Assembly: GCA_046583355.1 (NCBI GenBank)
Contig: JAYGCM010000017.1
Span: 1 to 64,000, forward strand
From: Deltaproteobacteria bacterium
GTDB taxonomy: Bacteria > Desulfobacterota > Binatia > UBA12015
Reading direction: 5' to 3'
DNA: 64,000 bases
Part shown: one piece after another, positions 9,379 to 19,900 of the stretch
How positions within the stretch are numbered: the first letter of the stretch is position 1
Layout of the letters: each line of letters opens with the position of its first letter
Made by a program: the position numbers and the translations under genes
The notes under the pieces: model-generated
Told to the model about the DNA's origin: nothing
Database searches by the model: none
Seen by the model: only the letters and a program-made list of their open reading frames with translations

Positions 9379-10673
9379 ACAACCAATTGAAACGCGTCGT
9401 GCTGCTCTCGACTGGCGACGAACTGATGTCGGGCAAGATCGCCGACACCAATGCGCAATGGATGGCGGATCGCTTCTACACATTGGGCCTTGAGGTGGCG
9501 GCTGTCCTGACGGTGGGCGATTTTCGTGATCGTCTGGTCTGGGCCTGGGAGCAGGCCTTCGCGATGGGTGACCTGGTGGTCTCGACCGGTGGCATCGGCC
9601 CCACCGCTGACGACCTCACCACCGAGACTCTGGCTGGCATCCTTGGCGAAGAACTGCGCTTCGATGAATATACTGCCGAGCGCATGCGCCGGCTCTTTGA
9701 GGGCATGCGGCGGCCGATGCCGGAGAACAATCTCAAGCAAGCATGGTTTCCGAAAAGTGCTATCATCGTCCCCAACGCACTCGGCACCGCACCGGGCTAC
9801 CGCGTCAGCACCGAGCGCGAGGTGGGCGGCGAGAAGGTGATGCGGCATCTGATCGTCCTGCCGGGTGTCCCGCGCGAGATGAAGCGTATGTTTGATGAAG
9901 CCGTGATCCCCTGGGTGGTGGAGCAGCAGGGCGACACAGCGCCGCCGGTGGCGCGTACATTCCAGACCTTCGGCATGAGTGAGTCCGCACTGGATGAGGC
10001 GGTAGCCGAGGTGATTCCCGAGGGCGCTGCCCGGGTGAGTTTTCGGGCCAGCTTTCCCAAGATCGGGATCACCTTGTTGATCCGTGGTGAGGACGCCGAG
10101 GCGCGTTTGGAGAGGCTTTCCGCGACGCTGCGCGAGCGCCTGGGGGGGACGATTTACGCCGAGGGCGAGACCTTGATGGAGCAGGCCGCCGGCGAGGCAT
10201 TGCGCGCGCGTGGCGCCACCGTTGCGGTTGCCGAGTCCTGCTCGGGCGGGCTGATTGGCAGCCGACTGACCGATATTCCGGGTAGCTCCGAGTATTTCCT
10301 GGCCGATTTCGTGACCTATTCCAACCAAGCCAAGCAGAAGATTCTCGGCGTACCGGCGGCCATTCTCGATGCCCATGGTGCGGTCAGCGAAGAGACCGTC
10401 CGTCATATGGCCGAAGGCGCGCGCGAGCGCGCGGGCTCCGATATCGCCGTGGCTACCAGTGGCATCGCCGGCCCCGGTGGCGGCACCGAGGAGCGGCCGG
10501 TCGGCACGGTCTGTTTTGCGCTGGCAACCCCCGAGGGCACGATCTCACGCCGCCACCAGCTCTGGGGTTCGCGGGATTGGATCAAACTCCTCACCTCGCA
10601 GATCGCTCTGGACTGGATCCGCCGCTGGGCAAAGGGCATCGACGTTCTGGAGTCCGGCTTTCGTAGAAAATGA
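9375..10673 (+). CDS. cinA: Competence/damage-inducible protein A (MoCF domain + PncC/CinA domain)
   Basis: STGDELMSGKIADTN, GGIGPTADDLT, LPGVPREM, AVAESCSGG, SGIAGPGGGT; TTG start overlaps the pgpA stop. Confidence 0.95.
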   Translation: MNNQLKRVVLLSTGDELMSGKIADTNAQWMADRFYTLGLEVAAVLTVGDFRDRLVWAWEQAFAMGDLVVSTGGIGPTADDLTTETLAGILGEELRFDEYTAERMRRLFEGMRRPMPENNLKQAWFPKSAIIVPNALGTAPGYRVSTEREVGGEKVMRHLIVLPGVPREMKRMFDEAVIPWVVEQQGDTAPPVARTFQTFGMSESALDEAVAEVIPEGAARVSFRASFPKIGITLLIRGEDAEARLERLSATLRERLGGTIYAEGETLMEQAAGEALRARGATVAVAESCSGGLIGSRLTDIPGSSEYFLADFVTYSNQAKQKILGVPAAILDAHGAVSEETVRHMAEGARERAGSDIAVATSGIAGPGGGTEERPVGTVCFALATPEGTISRRHQLWGSRDWIKLLTSQIALDWIRRWAKGIDVLESGFRRK

Positions 10674-10754
10674 GCCGGGCCGCATGGCCACCGCGGCTGG
10701 TTGCCCGGGGAGGGGTTGTCGGCGGGGCGGAATTTCGCAACAAGAGAGATCACG

Positions 10755-11672
10755 ATGCCGGTATCTGATGCCAAATTGACGACCGAGCAGATGGCGCATT
10801 TCGTCGCTGATGGCTTCCTTCGCTTCGATGCGTTGATTCCCGAAGAAGTCAATCAGAGCATCGTCGAGGAGCTCCGCAGTCTGGAGTCGAATAAATTCAA
10901 GCAGATCGTAGGAATGGCCGCCGATGACGGCGGGCCGCCTCGCCCCGCGAGCCTGACTCCGCTTTCGCGATGCTACCCGGCCCCCTCGGTGCTGGGGGAA
11001 CTTCTCCGACTCCCACGGGTGCAGGGCATCATCGAATCGCTGGTGGGACCGGACCCGCTTTTCGACCACGACTTCGTCCACCGCTTGCCCGCCGGCAGCA
11101 CCTATCGCCAGCACCTTCACGTGGACGCTGTGCTCGACAGCGCCGATCCCACATTCGATATCCAACTATTCTATTTCCCGCAGGATGTGGCGGCGGGCGG
11201 CGGCGGGACCCGGTTTGTCCCGGCGACTCATTTGCGCCGAACTCGCGCCGAAGGCGTGGCTCGTTACCAACACCTGGCCGGCGAGCAAAATTACAGCGGC
11301 CCCGCCGGAACTCTGCTCGTATTTCATCAGGCACTCTGGCATGCGGGGCAGCCCAACCCGAGTGGTGGCGAGCGGTGGATGTACAAGATCCGGCTCAACC
11401 CAAGGATCTCTCAGGTCAAGTGTTGGAATACCGAAGACTTCGAGAGCCTCCATAACGACCCGAGCGACCATACCTTCGCGCGGATGCGCCACGATAGTGT
11501 GGCTCAGATTTTTCGCACGATGCAGCCATGGCAGAAGGGGCACGAAGCCCGCTACGAGCAAATGCAGCGGGCCCGACTCTGGCGCTACCTGAGCGGAGAT
11601 CCGGAATTCGATGTTGATTATTATCATACGCGCATTGAGCATCGTGCGCGTCTCGTCGGAGACGCAGGCTGA
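10755..11672 (+). CDS. Phytanoyl-CoA dioxygenase (PhyH)-like Fe(II)/2OG dioxygenase
   Basis: LTTEQMAHFVADGFL N-terminus; HxD (QHLHVD), GGTRFVPATH, distal His in LWHAG. Confidence 0.85.
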   Translation: MPVSDAKLTTEQMAHFVADGFLRFDALIPEEVNQSIVEELRSLESNKFKQIVGMAADDGGPPRPASLTPLSRCYPAPSVLGELLRLPRVQGIIESLVGPDPLFDHDFVHRLPAGSTYRQHLHVDAVLDSADPTFDIQLFYFPQDVAAGGGGTRFVPATHLRRTRAEGVARYQHLAGEQNYSGPAGTLLVFHQALWHAGQPNPSGGERWMYKIRLNPRISQVKCWNTEDFESLHNDPSDHTFARMRHDSVAQIFRTMQPWQKGHEARYEQMQRARLWRYLSGDPEFDVDYYHTRIEHRARLVGDAG

Positions 11673-11986
11673 TGTCCATGCGACAGCAGATTCTCTATCT
11701 GTGGTTGGCCGAAGGGCCGCTCGATACGGAGACCATCGGCTGGGCGTTTCACGACGGTGCGGCGGGCCGCGGCCCCGCGCTCCCCGAGGTGGACCCGCCC
11801 TATGATACGGGCCTCGCGGCGCTGGAAGACGGATGGTTCCTGATCCAATCTCCCGCGCCTTTCCCGCTTCACCCCGGCGCCGACCACGAAATTTCCTATC
11901 TCGCCAATGAGTTCATCTTCGAACGGCGAGTGGAGATCCCGGAGCAACCGCTCGCGACCGGCGGCGATGTGCCGCATGGCGCGTGA
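11672..11986 (+). CDS. Hypothetical protein translationally coupled to the PhyH-like gene
   Basis: 104 aa; TGATG stop/start overlap; protein-like composition (PYDTGLAALEDGWFLIQ). Confidence 0.7.
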   Translation: MSMRQQILYLWLAEGPLDTETIGWAFHDGAAGRGPALPEVDPPYDTGLAALEDGWFLIQSPAPFPLHPGADHEISYLANEFIFERRVEIPEQPLATGGDVPHGA

Positions 11987-13169
11987 ACGACGGATTGAGC
12001 CGCGCGAGAGCCGCCGGATTTTGCTGGCCGCACAGGAATTGGCCGCGCCGCCAGGCCGCCGCGCCGGCCCCAAGAGCGTCCAGCGCCTGATCGAAAAACT
12101 CGGGTTCGTCCAGATCGATTCGATCCAAGTCGTCGAGCAAGCACAGCATCTGATCCTGCATGCGCGCTTGGAGGGCGACCACCGAGCGGCGCTCAAGACC
12201 CTGCGCGAAAAAGACCGCGCGCTCTTTGAACATTGGACCCATGACGCAAGCCTGATTCCGACGCGTTGGTACGCGCATTGGCAGCCGCGTTTTCTGCGCT
12301 GGCAGGAATATTTCGAACGCCGCACCCCCGAAGAGTCCGGCGTCCGTCAGAAATTCGAGTCCATGCTCGCGACCGTGGAGGCGAGGGTGCGCACGGGCGG
12401 GGCGTTACGCTCGCGGGACCTGGACGATCTGCGCGACGGACATAAGGCCGGGAGTTGGTGGGATTGGCATCCGGGCAAGGCGGGCCTGGAACGGCTCTGG
12501 CTGACCGGTCGGCTCGCCGTGGCGCGTCGGGAGCGCCTGGAGAAGGTCTACGATCTGAGTGAGCGGATTCACGCCCAGGCGCACGCGGCCCCCGCACCGA
12601 CGCCCGAAGAGCATCGCGCATGGGCGTGCCGCACCGCATTGGAGCGTCTCGGCGTCGCCACGGCCAAGGAGATCGCCGACTTCTGGAAGTCGATCCCGGT
12701 GCGGGAAGCCCGCGCGGTGGCCGACGCCGGTGTGCGCCGCGGCGAATGGGAATCTGTCGTGCTGGCCGATACGGACGGCCGCGAGCGCGCCGCCTACGCA
12801 ACTCCGCAAGCGCATCGGCTGGCACGAGTCCAGCCCGTAGAGGATCGCATCCGCCTGCTCGCGCCCTTTGATCCGGTCATTCGCGACCGCGACCGTCTCC
12901 TACGGCGCTTCGGCTTCGACTACCGCTTCGAAGCCTATGTTCCGCAGAAGAAGCGGGTCTACGGGTATTACGTTCTGCCGATGCTCTGCGGCGATCGTTT
13001 CGTCGGCCGGCTCGACCCGAAATACGATCGCAAGCAAGGCGAGCTCATCGTCCGCGGGCCGTTTTGGGAAGAGCAGGCTGGCACGCCGGCGCACGCCCGC
13101 ATGCTGCGCGACGCACTCGATCGATTGGCCGGCTTCCTCGGTGCGAAAGGCTGGCATTTCAGCAAATAA
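11976..13169 (+). CDS. ycaQ: YcaQ/AlkZ-family (HTH_42) DNA interstrand-crosslink glycosylase
   Basis: VQIDSI (QxD catalytic motif of the YcaQ subfamily), LFEHWTHDAS, LLAPFDPVIRDR, FDYRFEAYVP, YGYYVLP. Confidence 0.88.
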   Translation: MARERRIEPRESRRILLAAQELAAPPGRRAGPKSVQRLIEKLGFVQIDSIQVVEQAQHLILHARLEGDHRAALKTLREKDRALFEHWTHDASLIPTRWYAHWQPRFLRWQEYFERRTPEESGVRQKFESMLATVEARVRTGGALRSRDLDDLRDGHKAGSWWDWHPGKAGLERLWLTGRLAVARRERLEKVYDLSERIHAQAHAAPAPTPEEHRAWACRTALERLGVATAKEIADFWKSIPVREARAVADAGVRRGEWESVVLADTDGRERAAYATPQAHRLARVQPVEDRIRLLAPFDPVIRDRDRLLRRFGFDYRFEAYVPQKKRVYGYYVLPMLCGDRFVGRLDPKYDRKQGELIVRGPFWEEQAGTPAHARMLRDALDRLAGFLGAKGWHFSK

Positions 13170-13381
13170 GCTCTCTCATGCCTCGGCGCAGAGCCCGGCG
13201 CCGGGCGCGCCCGGAGGGTTCCCGGAGACTCCCCCTTGGTCTTTGCAAAATGGCGGAAGGGGGAGTGTTTCCAGGAGATGGATCTGGCTCGCGATCTCGG
13301 GCGAATCTCGGTCACACCGGGCATTTTTGCCGCATACAATTCGTGCTAGCGTTTGGCTAGCTGATGCGATAGCGTCGATTT

Positions 13382-13654
13382 ATGAGCACGCTCTACGTCC
13401 GTGAAGTCCCCGAGGCGGTCTATGGTGAGCTGCGCAGGAGAGCCAGCGACCACCGCACCTCGATTGCGCAGGAGGCTATTCGCCTGCTCGAGCGCGCCCT
13501 CCGGGTGGACCCCTCTGGTCTCGAGGAATTCCTCGACGAGCTCGAGCCCCGTCGCTTTCAGGTCTCGCTCGAAGCCCCCTCGGCTGCCGAGCTGATCCGC
13601 CAGGACCGCGACGCACGAGGCGGCGGCCTCGTGTTTGACGACGAAGACAAATGA
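13382..13654 (+). CDS. FitA-like ribbon-helix-helix antitoxin
   Basis: MSTLYVREVPEAVYGELRRRA RHH pattern; SAAELIRQDRD C-terminal motif; overlaps the PIN gene. Confidence 0.82.
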   Translation: MSTLYVREVPEAVYGELRRRASDHRTSIAQEAIRLLERALRVDPSGLEEFLDELEPRRFQVSLEAPSAAELIRQDRDARGGGLVFDDEDK

Positions 13655-14088
13655 GCAAACCCGCGCATGCGTTTGTTGTCGACGCCTCTGTCGTGGTCGA
13701 ATCCCTCCTGGACCTCAAGCTGGCGCGTAGCGCAACAGAGTTCTTCCGGAGGGCGGCAAGGGAAGGGCGTGAGCTCTGGGCGCCCGACCTCATCTACCTT
13801 GAGACGCTCTCCTCGCTACGAAAGTTGGAAGGGCGCGGCCTGATCCCCGCCGCAGTGGCAAGCGCCGCGGTTGACGATCTGCTGCGTCTGCCTCTCCAGA
13901 CCGTCGGAACTGGAGCTCTCGTACTCGAGGTCTGGCGCCTTCGTGGCCATATTTCTCCCTACGATGCCAGCTACCTCGCACTCGCAGGCCACCTCGATTG
14001 CGAGTTCGTGACCGCCGACGCACGTTTGGCTCGGGCGGCGCCCGGGTTTCGCGTGCGCCTGCTGACGCCCACCGCTGCATCGGAATAG
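13651..14088 (+). CDS. vapC: VapC-family PIN-domain toxin
   Basis: VVDASV, E in YLETLS, YDASYLALA, VTADARL acidic catalytic set. Confidence 0.9.
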   Translation: MSKPAHAFVVDASVVVESLLDLKLARSATEFFRRAAREGRELWAPDLIYLETLSSLRKLEGRGLIPAAVASAAVDDLLRLPLQTVGTGALVLEVWRLRGHISPYDASYLALAGHLDCEFVTADARLARAAPGFRVRLLTPTAASE

Positions 14089-14291
14089 TCGAGACGGTCA
14101 CGCCATCGGACCTCGAGCGTGCCGCGGCCATCGCGGACACCTGGCAAGAGCGCGAACTGGACATTGTCGATTGCACGACGTTCGCGATCATGGAGCGGCT
14201 CGGCTGTCCCCGCGCCGCGACCTTCGACTCTGATTTTTATATCTACCGGTATGGTGCGCAGCGCTCGAAGGCCTTCGAAATCCTGCGCTGA
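14085..14291 (+). pseudogene. C-terminal remnant of a second PIN/VapC toxin
   Basis: VETVTPSDLERA...LDIVDCTTFAIMERLG...AATFDSDF is a PIN C-half; no N-terminal VDT motif or credible start. Confidence 0.72.
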
Positions 14292-14529
14292 TCGCTCGAT
14301 GCGGTTACGCGCGTGGGAACCCGCGGGAGAGTCCGGCCGGCAGGTACCCGGTGATTTCGCGCGGGTGCGCCGGCGCGTGTCTTTCAGGGTCAGTGGATGG
14401 GGGCGTAGAGGCTGCCGTAGGCCGGCACGGCGAGCCGCGGCAGCGGAGCGTGGAGTGCGGCGTGCGACGCCAAGAGCGAGCGGGGTGGAAGCCGACCGTC
14501 AGAAGCTGTACGCATGAGGAGCGTAGAGG

Positions 14530-15903
14530 ATGATATTGAAGATCGTTTTGCCTTCGACTTGGCTGGTCAGCGCTGCGCTGCTCAGTCTGGCTTTGCCGCC
14601 GTCTGCTGCGGCCGAGGCGCCGGCTCGGGCTGCGCTTGGCGCGGGTTTCGATCGTGTCGTCGAGTCGCACGCTGGCGGCGCACGGGCGCAGGCCCCGGAT
14701 CCGCACGGTGTGCTTCGCTTGCGCGACGCGATTGGCGCCATGCTGCTCGGTAACCCGGGCTTGGCCGTATTCTCGTGGGAGGTACGGAGCCGTGAGGCGC
14801 GCGCCGTCCAGGCGGACCTCTTGCCGAACCCGGAGCTTACCGCCGAGGTCGAGAATCTTGGCGGCTCCGGCGAGCGCGATTCGTTCGAGCAAGCGGAGAC
14901 CACGGTCTGGCTTGCGCAGCTTGTTCAGATCGGCGGCAAGCGCGCCAAGCGCTCGCGCCTGGCCGCGCTCGAGCACGACCTTTCGGGTTGGGACTACGAG
15001 GGCGCCCGTCTGGGGGCCTCGACCGCGACCACCCGAGCCTTCGTGAAGACCCTTTCGGCGCAACGCCGCCTCGAGCTGGTGTACGAACTCGAACGTCTCG
15101 CGACCGAGTCGATTCGCTCGATCCACGAGCAGGTGCAGGCCGGCGCGGCGCCTGCGGTCGAGGAGATGCAGGCGAGGGTCGAGCTGGCGCGCGCTTTATT
15201 GCAGCGCCAAGCCGTCGAACGTGAACTTGCCGTGAGTCGCGTCACTCTCGCGTCGATGTGGGGGCGTGCCGTGCCGCGCTTTACCGCGGTGATAGGCGAC
15301 CTCGCACAGATGACCCCGGTGCCGCTGCTGGCGGACCTCGAGCGGCGCATCAAGGAAAATCCCGACGTCGCGCGTTGGCGCACCGAGGTCGACCGGCACG
15401 AGGCCAGTCTCTCGCTGGAGCGCGCCCGCGGCCTGCCGGACCCGACCTTCAGCCTGGGTGGCCGTCACTTCAACGACAACGGCGACACGGCCCTGGTGGT
15501 TGCGCTATCGGTGCCGATCCCTGTGTTTGATCGCAACCAGGGAAACGTTCTCGCGGCCACCTACGATGTCGAGCGGGCCCGGGCGGCGAGACTCGCGGCG
15601 GAACTCGCCGTGCGTACTGCCGTTCGCGAGCGCCACGCGGAGCTGGTGGCCGCTTTTGCGGCAGCCGAGATGCTTCGCGAGGACGCCCTGCCGGCCGCGC
15701 GGGCGGCCCTCGAAGGCACGCGCGACGGCCACCGTAAGGGGCTCTTTCACTATCGGGAGGTCCTGGATGCGCAACGGATGCTCTTCGAGTTGCGTACCCA
15801 GAGGATCGAGGCGCTTTCCGGGTATCACCTCGCGCGTGCCGACCTGGAGCGGCTGACGGCGACGCCCTTGGATGCGGCAGCGCTTGCCGGGAGTATGCCA
15901 TGA
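14530..15903 (+). CDS. czcC: Outer membrane efflux protein, CzcC/TolC family
   Basis: Signal peptide, LPNPEL, GGKRAKR, SVPIPVFDRNQGN; first gene of the RND triad. Confidence 0.88.
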   Translation: MILKIVLPSTWLVSAALLSLALPPSAAAEAPARAALGAGFDRVVESHAGGARAQAPDPHGVLRLRDAIGAMLLGNPGLAVFSWEVRSREARAVQADLLPNPELTAEVENLGGSGERDSFEQAETTVWLAQLVQIGGKRAKRSRLAALEHDLSGWDYEGARLGASTATTRAFVKTLSAQRRLELVYELERLATESIRSIHEQVQAGAAPAVEEMQARVELARALLQRQAVERELAVSRVTLASMWGRAVPRFTAVIGDLAQMTPVPLLADLERRIKENPDVARWRTEVDRHEASLSLERARGLPDPTFSLGGRHFNDNGDTALVVALSVPIPVFDRNQGNVLAATYDVERARAARLAAELAVRTAVRERHAELVAAFAAAEMLREDALPAARAALEGTRDGHRKGLFHYREVLDAQRMLFELRTQRIEALSGYHLARADLERLTATPLDAAALAGSMP

Positions 15904-16898
15904 ATACCGCAGATCGATCTCGTCAAGCTCTTCTTCGAGCCCTGCTGGCGTTCGTGTTCCTGGGGTTGGCGAACGCCCCGGTCGTGGCGGCTTCGGGCGA
16001 GGGCCATCACGAAGAGGGCCATCACGAAGAGAGTCATCACGAAGAGGGGCATCACGAAGAGGAGCATCGCGAAGAGGGGCATCCTCAAGAGGCCCGATCG
16101 TTCACCGTGCATGAGCTCGAGGCCTATGGCGTCGTGTTGGCGACCGGTGGCCCGGGGGTGGTGGATACCGGCATCGAACTGCCAGGCGAGATTCGTCCCA
16201 ACGCCGACCGCCTCGCGCATGTCGCGCCACGCTTTTCGGGCATTGTCCGCGAGGTGTACAAGAATACCGGCGACCCCGTACGTGCGGGCGAGGTCATGGC
16301 ACTCATCGAAAGCGAGAACCTCGCCACCTACGAGCTTGTGGCGGCTTTCGGCGGAACCGTCATCGACAAGCATATCACCCCCGGTGAGGCGGTGACCCGC
16401 GCGGAGCCGGCCTATATCGTCGCCGATTTGTCGGATGTCTGGGTGAATATCAACGTCTATCAGATGGTGCTGCCGGCGATTCATACGGGCCAGTCCGTAT
16501 TGATTTCCACTGCTGATGGTGCACTTGAGGCCACCGGGGCGATCTCGTATATCGCGCCGGTCGTCGACCAGGCAACCCGGACCGCGACGGCGCGGGTGGT
16601 TTTGCCGAATCCCGACGGCCGCTGGCGGCCGGGGCTTTTCGTGATCGCCACGGTGGGGTTGCCCACTGCCGCAGCGGTGGTCGTGCCGCGCCGGGCGCTG
16701 CATAACCTCGATGGCGAGAGAGTGATTTTCGTCGCGGAGGGTGAGCATTTCGTGGCTCGACACGTGACGGTCGGCGCGGTGGGGCGCCAGCGGATCGAGA
16801 TCACATCGGGCCTCGTCGCCGGCGAGCACTTCGCCGACACCGGTTCGTTCCTTGTCAAAGCCGAGCTCACCAAAGGCACGGCCGAGCACCACCACTAG
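15900..16898 (+). CDS. czcB: RND periplasmic adaptor, CzcB-like, with His/Glu-rich repeat
   Basis: HVAPRFSGIV, IVADLSDVWV, VDQATRTATARV, WRPGLFV; ends in HHH. Confidence 0.88.
   Translation: MNTADRSRQALLRALLAFVFLGLANAPVVAASGEGHHEEGHHEESHHEEGHHEEEHREEGHPQEARSFTVHELEAYGVVLATGGPGVVDTGIELPGEIRPNADRLAHVAPRFSGIVREVYKNTGDPVRAGEVMALIESENLATYELVAAFGGTVIDKHITPGEAVTRAEPAYIVADLSDVWVNINVYQMVLPAIHTGQSVLISTADGALEATGAISYIAPVVDQATRTATARVVLPNPDGRWRPGLFVIATVGLPTAAAVVVPRRALHNLDGERVIFVAEGEHFVARHVTVGAVGRQRIEITSGLVAGEHFADTGSFLVKAELTKGTAEHHH
15999..16088 (+). repeat. 6 x 15-bp coding tandem repeat (EGHHE units)
   Basis: gagggccatcacgaa-type units encode EGHHE EGHHE ESHHE EGHHE EEHRE EGHPQ. Confidence 0.95.
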
Positions 16899-16912
16899 AG
16901 GAACGGACGTCG

Positions 16913-19900
16913 ATGCTGGAAAGTATTCTCCGGTTCTCGGTACGGCGGCGTGGTCTCGTCGTACTGGCCGTCTTGGCGGCCGCCTTGCTCGGCGCGTGGT
17001 CATTCCTCGAGCTTCCGATCGACGCCGTCCCCGATGTCACCAACCGGCAGGTTCAGATCACCGCGCATGCGCCATCCTTCTCGCCCGAGGAAGTCGAAAA
17101 GCTGGTCACGTTCCCGCTCGAAACCGTATTGGCCGGGATTCCGGGCCTCGACTACACCCGCTCCCTGTCGCGTGTCGCTTTTGCCCAAGTGACGGCCGTC
17201 TTCCACGACGATGTCGACATCTATTTCGCGCGCCAGCAGGTCAGCGAGCGCCTCGCGGCGGTGGCGGCGAGCCTCCCGCCGGATGTCAGCACCAGCATGG
17301 GGCCGGTCGCTACGGGCCTCAGCGAAATATTTATGTGGACGGTCGAGTATGCGCGCCCGGGGGGGCGGGGTGCCGAGATTCGTGATGGCGAGCCGGGGTG
17401 GCAGTCGGACGGCTCCTATCGCACCCCGGCTGGTGAGCTGCTGCGCACGGAGCTCCAACTCGCCTCCTACCTGCGCACCGTGCAGGATTGGATCATCACG
17501 CCGCAGGTCAAGACCGTCGCGGGCGTAGCCGGTATCGAATCGATCGGCGGCTTCGTGAAGCAATACCAGGTGCGGCCGGACCCGAAGGTTCTGGCATCCT
17601 TGGGTTTGACGTTTCACGATCTTCTGGAGGCGCTTGAGCGCAACAACCTCAGCACCGGTGCCGGCTTCATCGAGCGCAACGGCGAGGCCTATATCGTCCG
17701 CGCGTCCGGTCGGCTCGCGGGGCTTGAGGATCTGGCCGAGGTGGTCGTCGGCGTGCGCCAGGGCACCCCCTTGCGCGTCGCCGACGTGGCGAGCGTGGCA
17801 ATTGGTGGCGCGCCGCGCCTCGGCAGTGCGACCGAAGACGGCGAAGAAGTGGTCATCGGCACGGCGCTCATGCTGCTCGGCGAGAATAGCCGCACGGTCT
17901 CGGCCGCCGTCGCCGTGCGCATGGCGGAAATCCGCGAACGTCTGCCCGTCGGTATTCGCGCCAAGACAGTACTTGATAGAACCCGATTGGTCGATGCCAC
18001 CATCCGCACCGTGCGCGACAACCTCGTCGAGGGTGCCCTCCTGGTTGTCGTCGTCTTGTTCCTCATGCTCGGGAACTTTCGCGCCGCGCTGATCACCGCG
18101 ATGGCGATTCCGCTCTCCATGTTGCTGGCGGCCATCGGCATGGTGCAGACGGGGACCAGCGGCAACCTGATGAGCCTCGGGGCCATCGACTTCGGACTCA
18201 TTGTGGACGGTGCTGTGATTATCGTCGAGAATTGCCTGCGCCGGCTCGGCGAGCGCCAGGCTGAGCTCGGGCGGGTTCTTACCCGGGCCGAACGACTGGA
18301 GACGGTATTTCTTGCGAGCAAGCAGGTGCGCAGTGCGACCGCCTTCGGCGAAGTGATCATCATCACGGTGTACCTGCCCATCCTCGCCCTGGGCGGGGTG
18401 GAGGGGAAGATGTTCCAGCCCATGGCGATGACCGTGATCTTCGCCTTGACGGCGGCCTTCGTGCTGTCGCTGACGTTCATTCCGGCGATGGTGGCGCTGG
18501 TCGTCACCGGGCGGGTGCGCGAGAGGGAAAACGCTGTGATTTCCTTGGCCAAGCGCCTCTACGAACCGGCCGTGCGCTGGGCGTTGCGCTGGCGCTATGC
18601 GGTCATCGTCGCCGCCATCGTTTTGTTCGGCGGCTCGCTGGGGCTGCTGCGCTCGCTCGGCCAGGAGTTCGCCCCCACGCTGGGGGAACTCGATATCCTC
18701 CTGCACGCCATCCGCATTCCGAGCACGGGCGTTGCCCAGGCCACGGGGATGCAGCGGCAGCTCGAGCGGCGGCTGCGTGATGTTCCGGAGGTCGCCTTCG
18801 TCTTCTCCCGCACGGGTAGCGGGGATATCGGGGCGGACCCGATGCCGGTCTATATCTCGGACACGTTTCTCATTTTGGAGCCGCGCAGCGAGTGGCCCGA
18901 CCCGAGCGAGACCAAAGAAGATGTCCGCCGGCGTATCGAGGCGATCGTTTTCCAGGTTCCGGGCAACGCCTACGAGTTCACCCAGCCGATCCAGATGCGC
19001 TTCAACGAGCTTCTCGCCGGCGTACGCGCCGATCTCGCCGTGAAGGTCTACGGCGACGATTTCGACGAGATGCTGCAGGTCGCCGAGCAGATCGCCGATA
19101 TCCTGCGCAGCATTCCGGGCACGGCCGATACCCGCGTCGAGCAGGTGACGGGCGCGCCCCTTTTGAATATCGTCGTGGATCGTCGCGCGATTGCGCCCTA
19201 CGGCCTGAGCGTGGCCGACGTGCACGAGGTGGTAGCGATCGCCATCGGCGGAAAGACGGCCGGGCAGGTATTCCAAGGCGACCGGCGCTTCGATGTGGTG
19301 GTGCGGCTCTCCGAGGCAATGCGCGGCGACCTCTCCACCCTGGAGAATTTGCCAATTCCGCTCTCGCACGAGGACCGTCCACTGGCGCGCTTGGCGCTGG
19401 GCGGCGACGATATCCAGCGCGCCGCGACGCGCTATCTACCGCTCTCGGCGGTGGCGACGATTGAACTCACCGAGGGCGCCAACCAGATCAGCCGCGAGAA
19501 CGGCAAGCGCCGCATTGTCGCGCAGACCAACGTCCGCGGGCGCGATATTGGCTCGGTCGTCGCCGAGGCGCAGGCGCGCGTCGCGGCCGAGGTCGACCTG
19601 CCACCGGGAAGCTGGATCGGCTGGGATGGGGAGTTCAAGAACCTGGAACAAGCGATGCGGCGTCTCAAGGTGGTCGTTCCGATCTGCCTCCTGGCTATTC
19701 TGGTGCTGCTCTACGCCACCTTCGGCTCGCTGCGGCCAGCGGCGATGGTCTTCACCGGCATCCCGCTGGCGTTGACCGGCGGAATCGTGAGCCTGTGGCT
19801 GCGCGACCTACCCTTCTCCATTTCGGCTGCGGTGGGTTTCATCGCCCTGTCCGGGGTCGCGGTCCTGAACGGCCTGGTGATGATTACCTTCGTCAATCAG

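Noticed and set aside
13228..13266. Inverted repeat whose minus strand ends ...CCCCCTTCCGCCA, resembling a tRNA-Sec 3' end or att site
   Set aside because: No T-arm (GTTCGA) or cloverleaf upstream; best read as a simple intergenic hairpin
14292..14529. Possible metal-sensing riboswitch or leader peptide upstream of czcC
   Set aside because: No recognisable NiCo-type multi-stem structure or convincing ORF by eye; an Infernal search would be needed
15999..16088. Regularly spaced repeat as a possible CRISPR array
   Set aside because: 15-bp tandem in-frame coding units without spacers; no cas genes in the window
17000..19369. 789-aa antisense ORF and similar long antisense ORFs (5737-7386, 33830-35332, 58902-60254, 61292-62779)
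   Set aside because: Shadows of well-supported genes, expected at high GC with strong codon bias; no recognisable motifs
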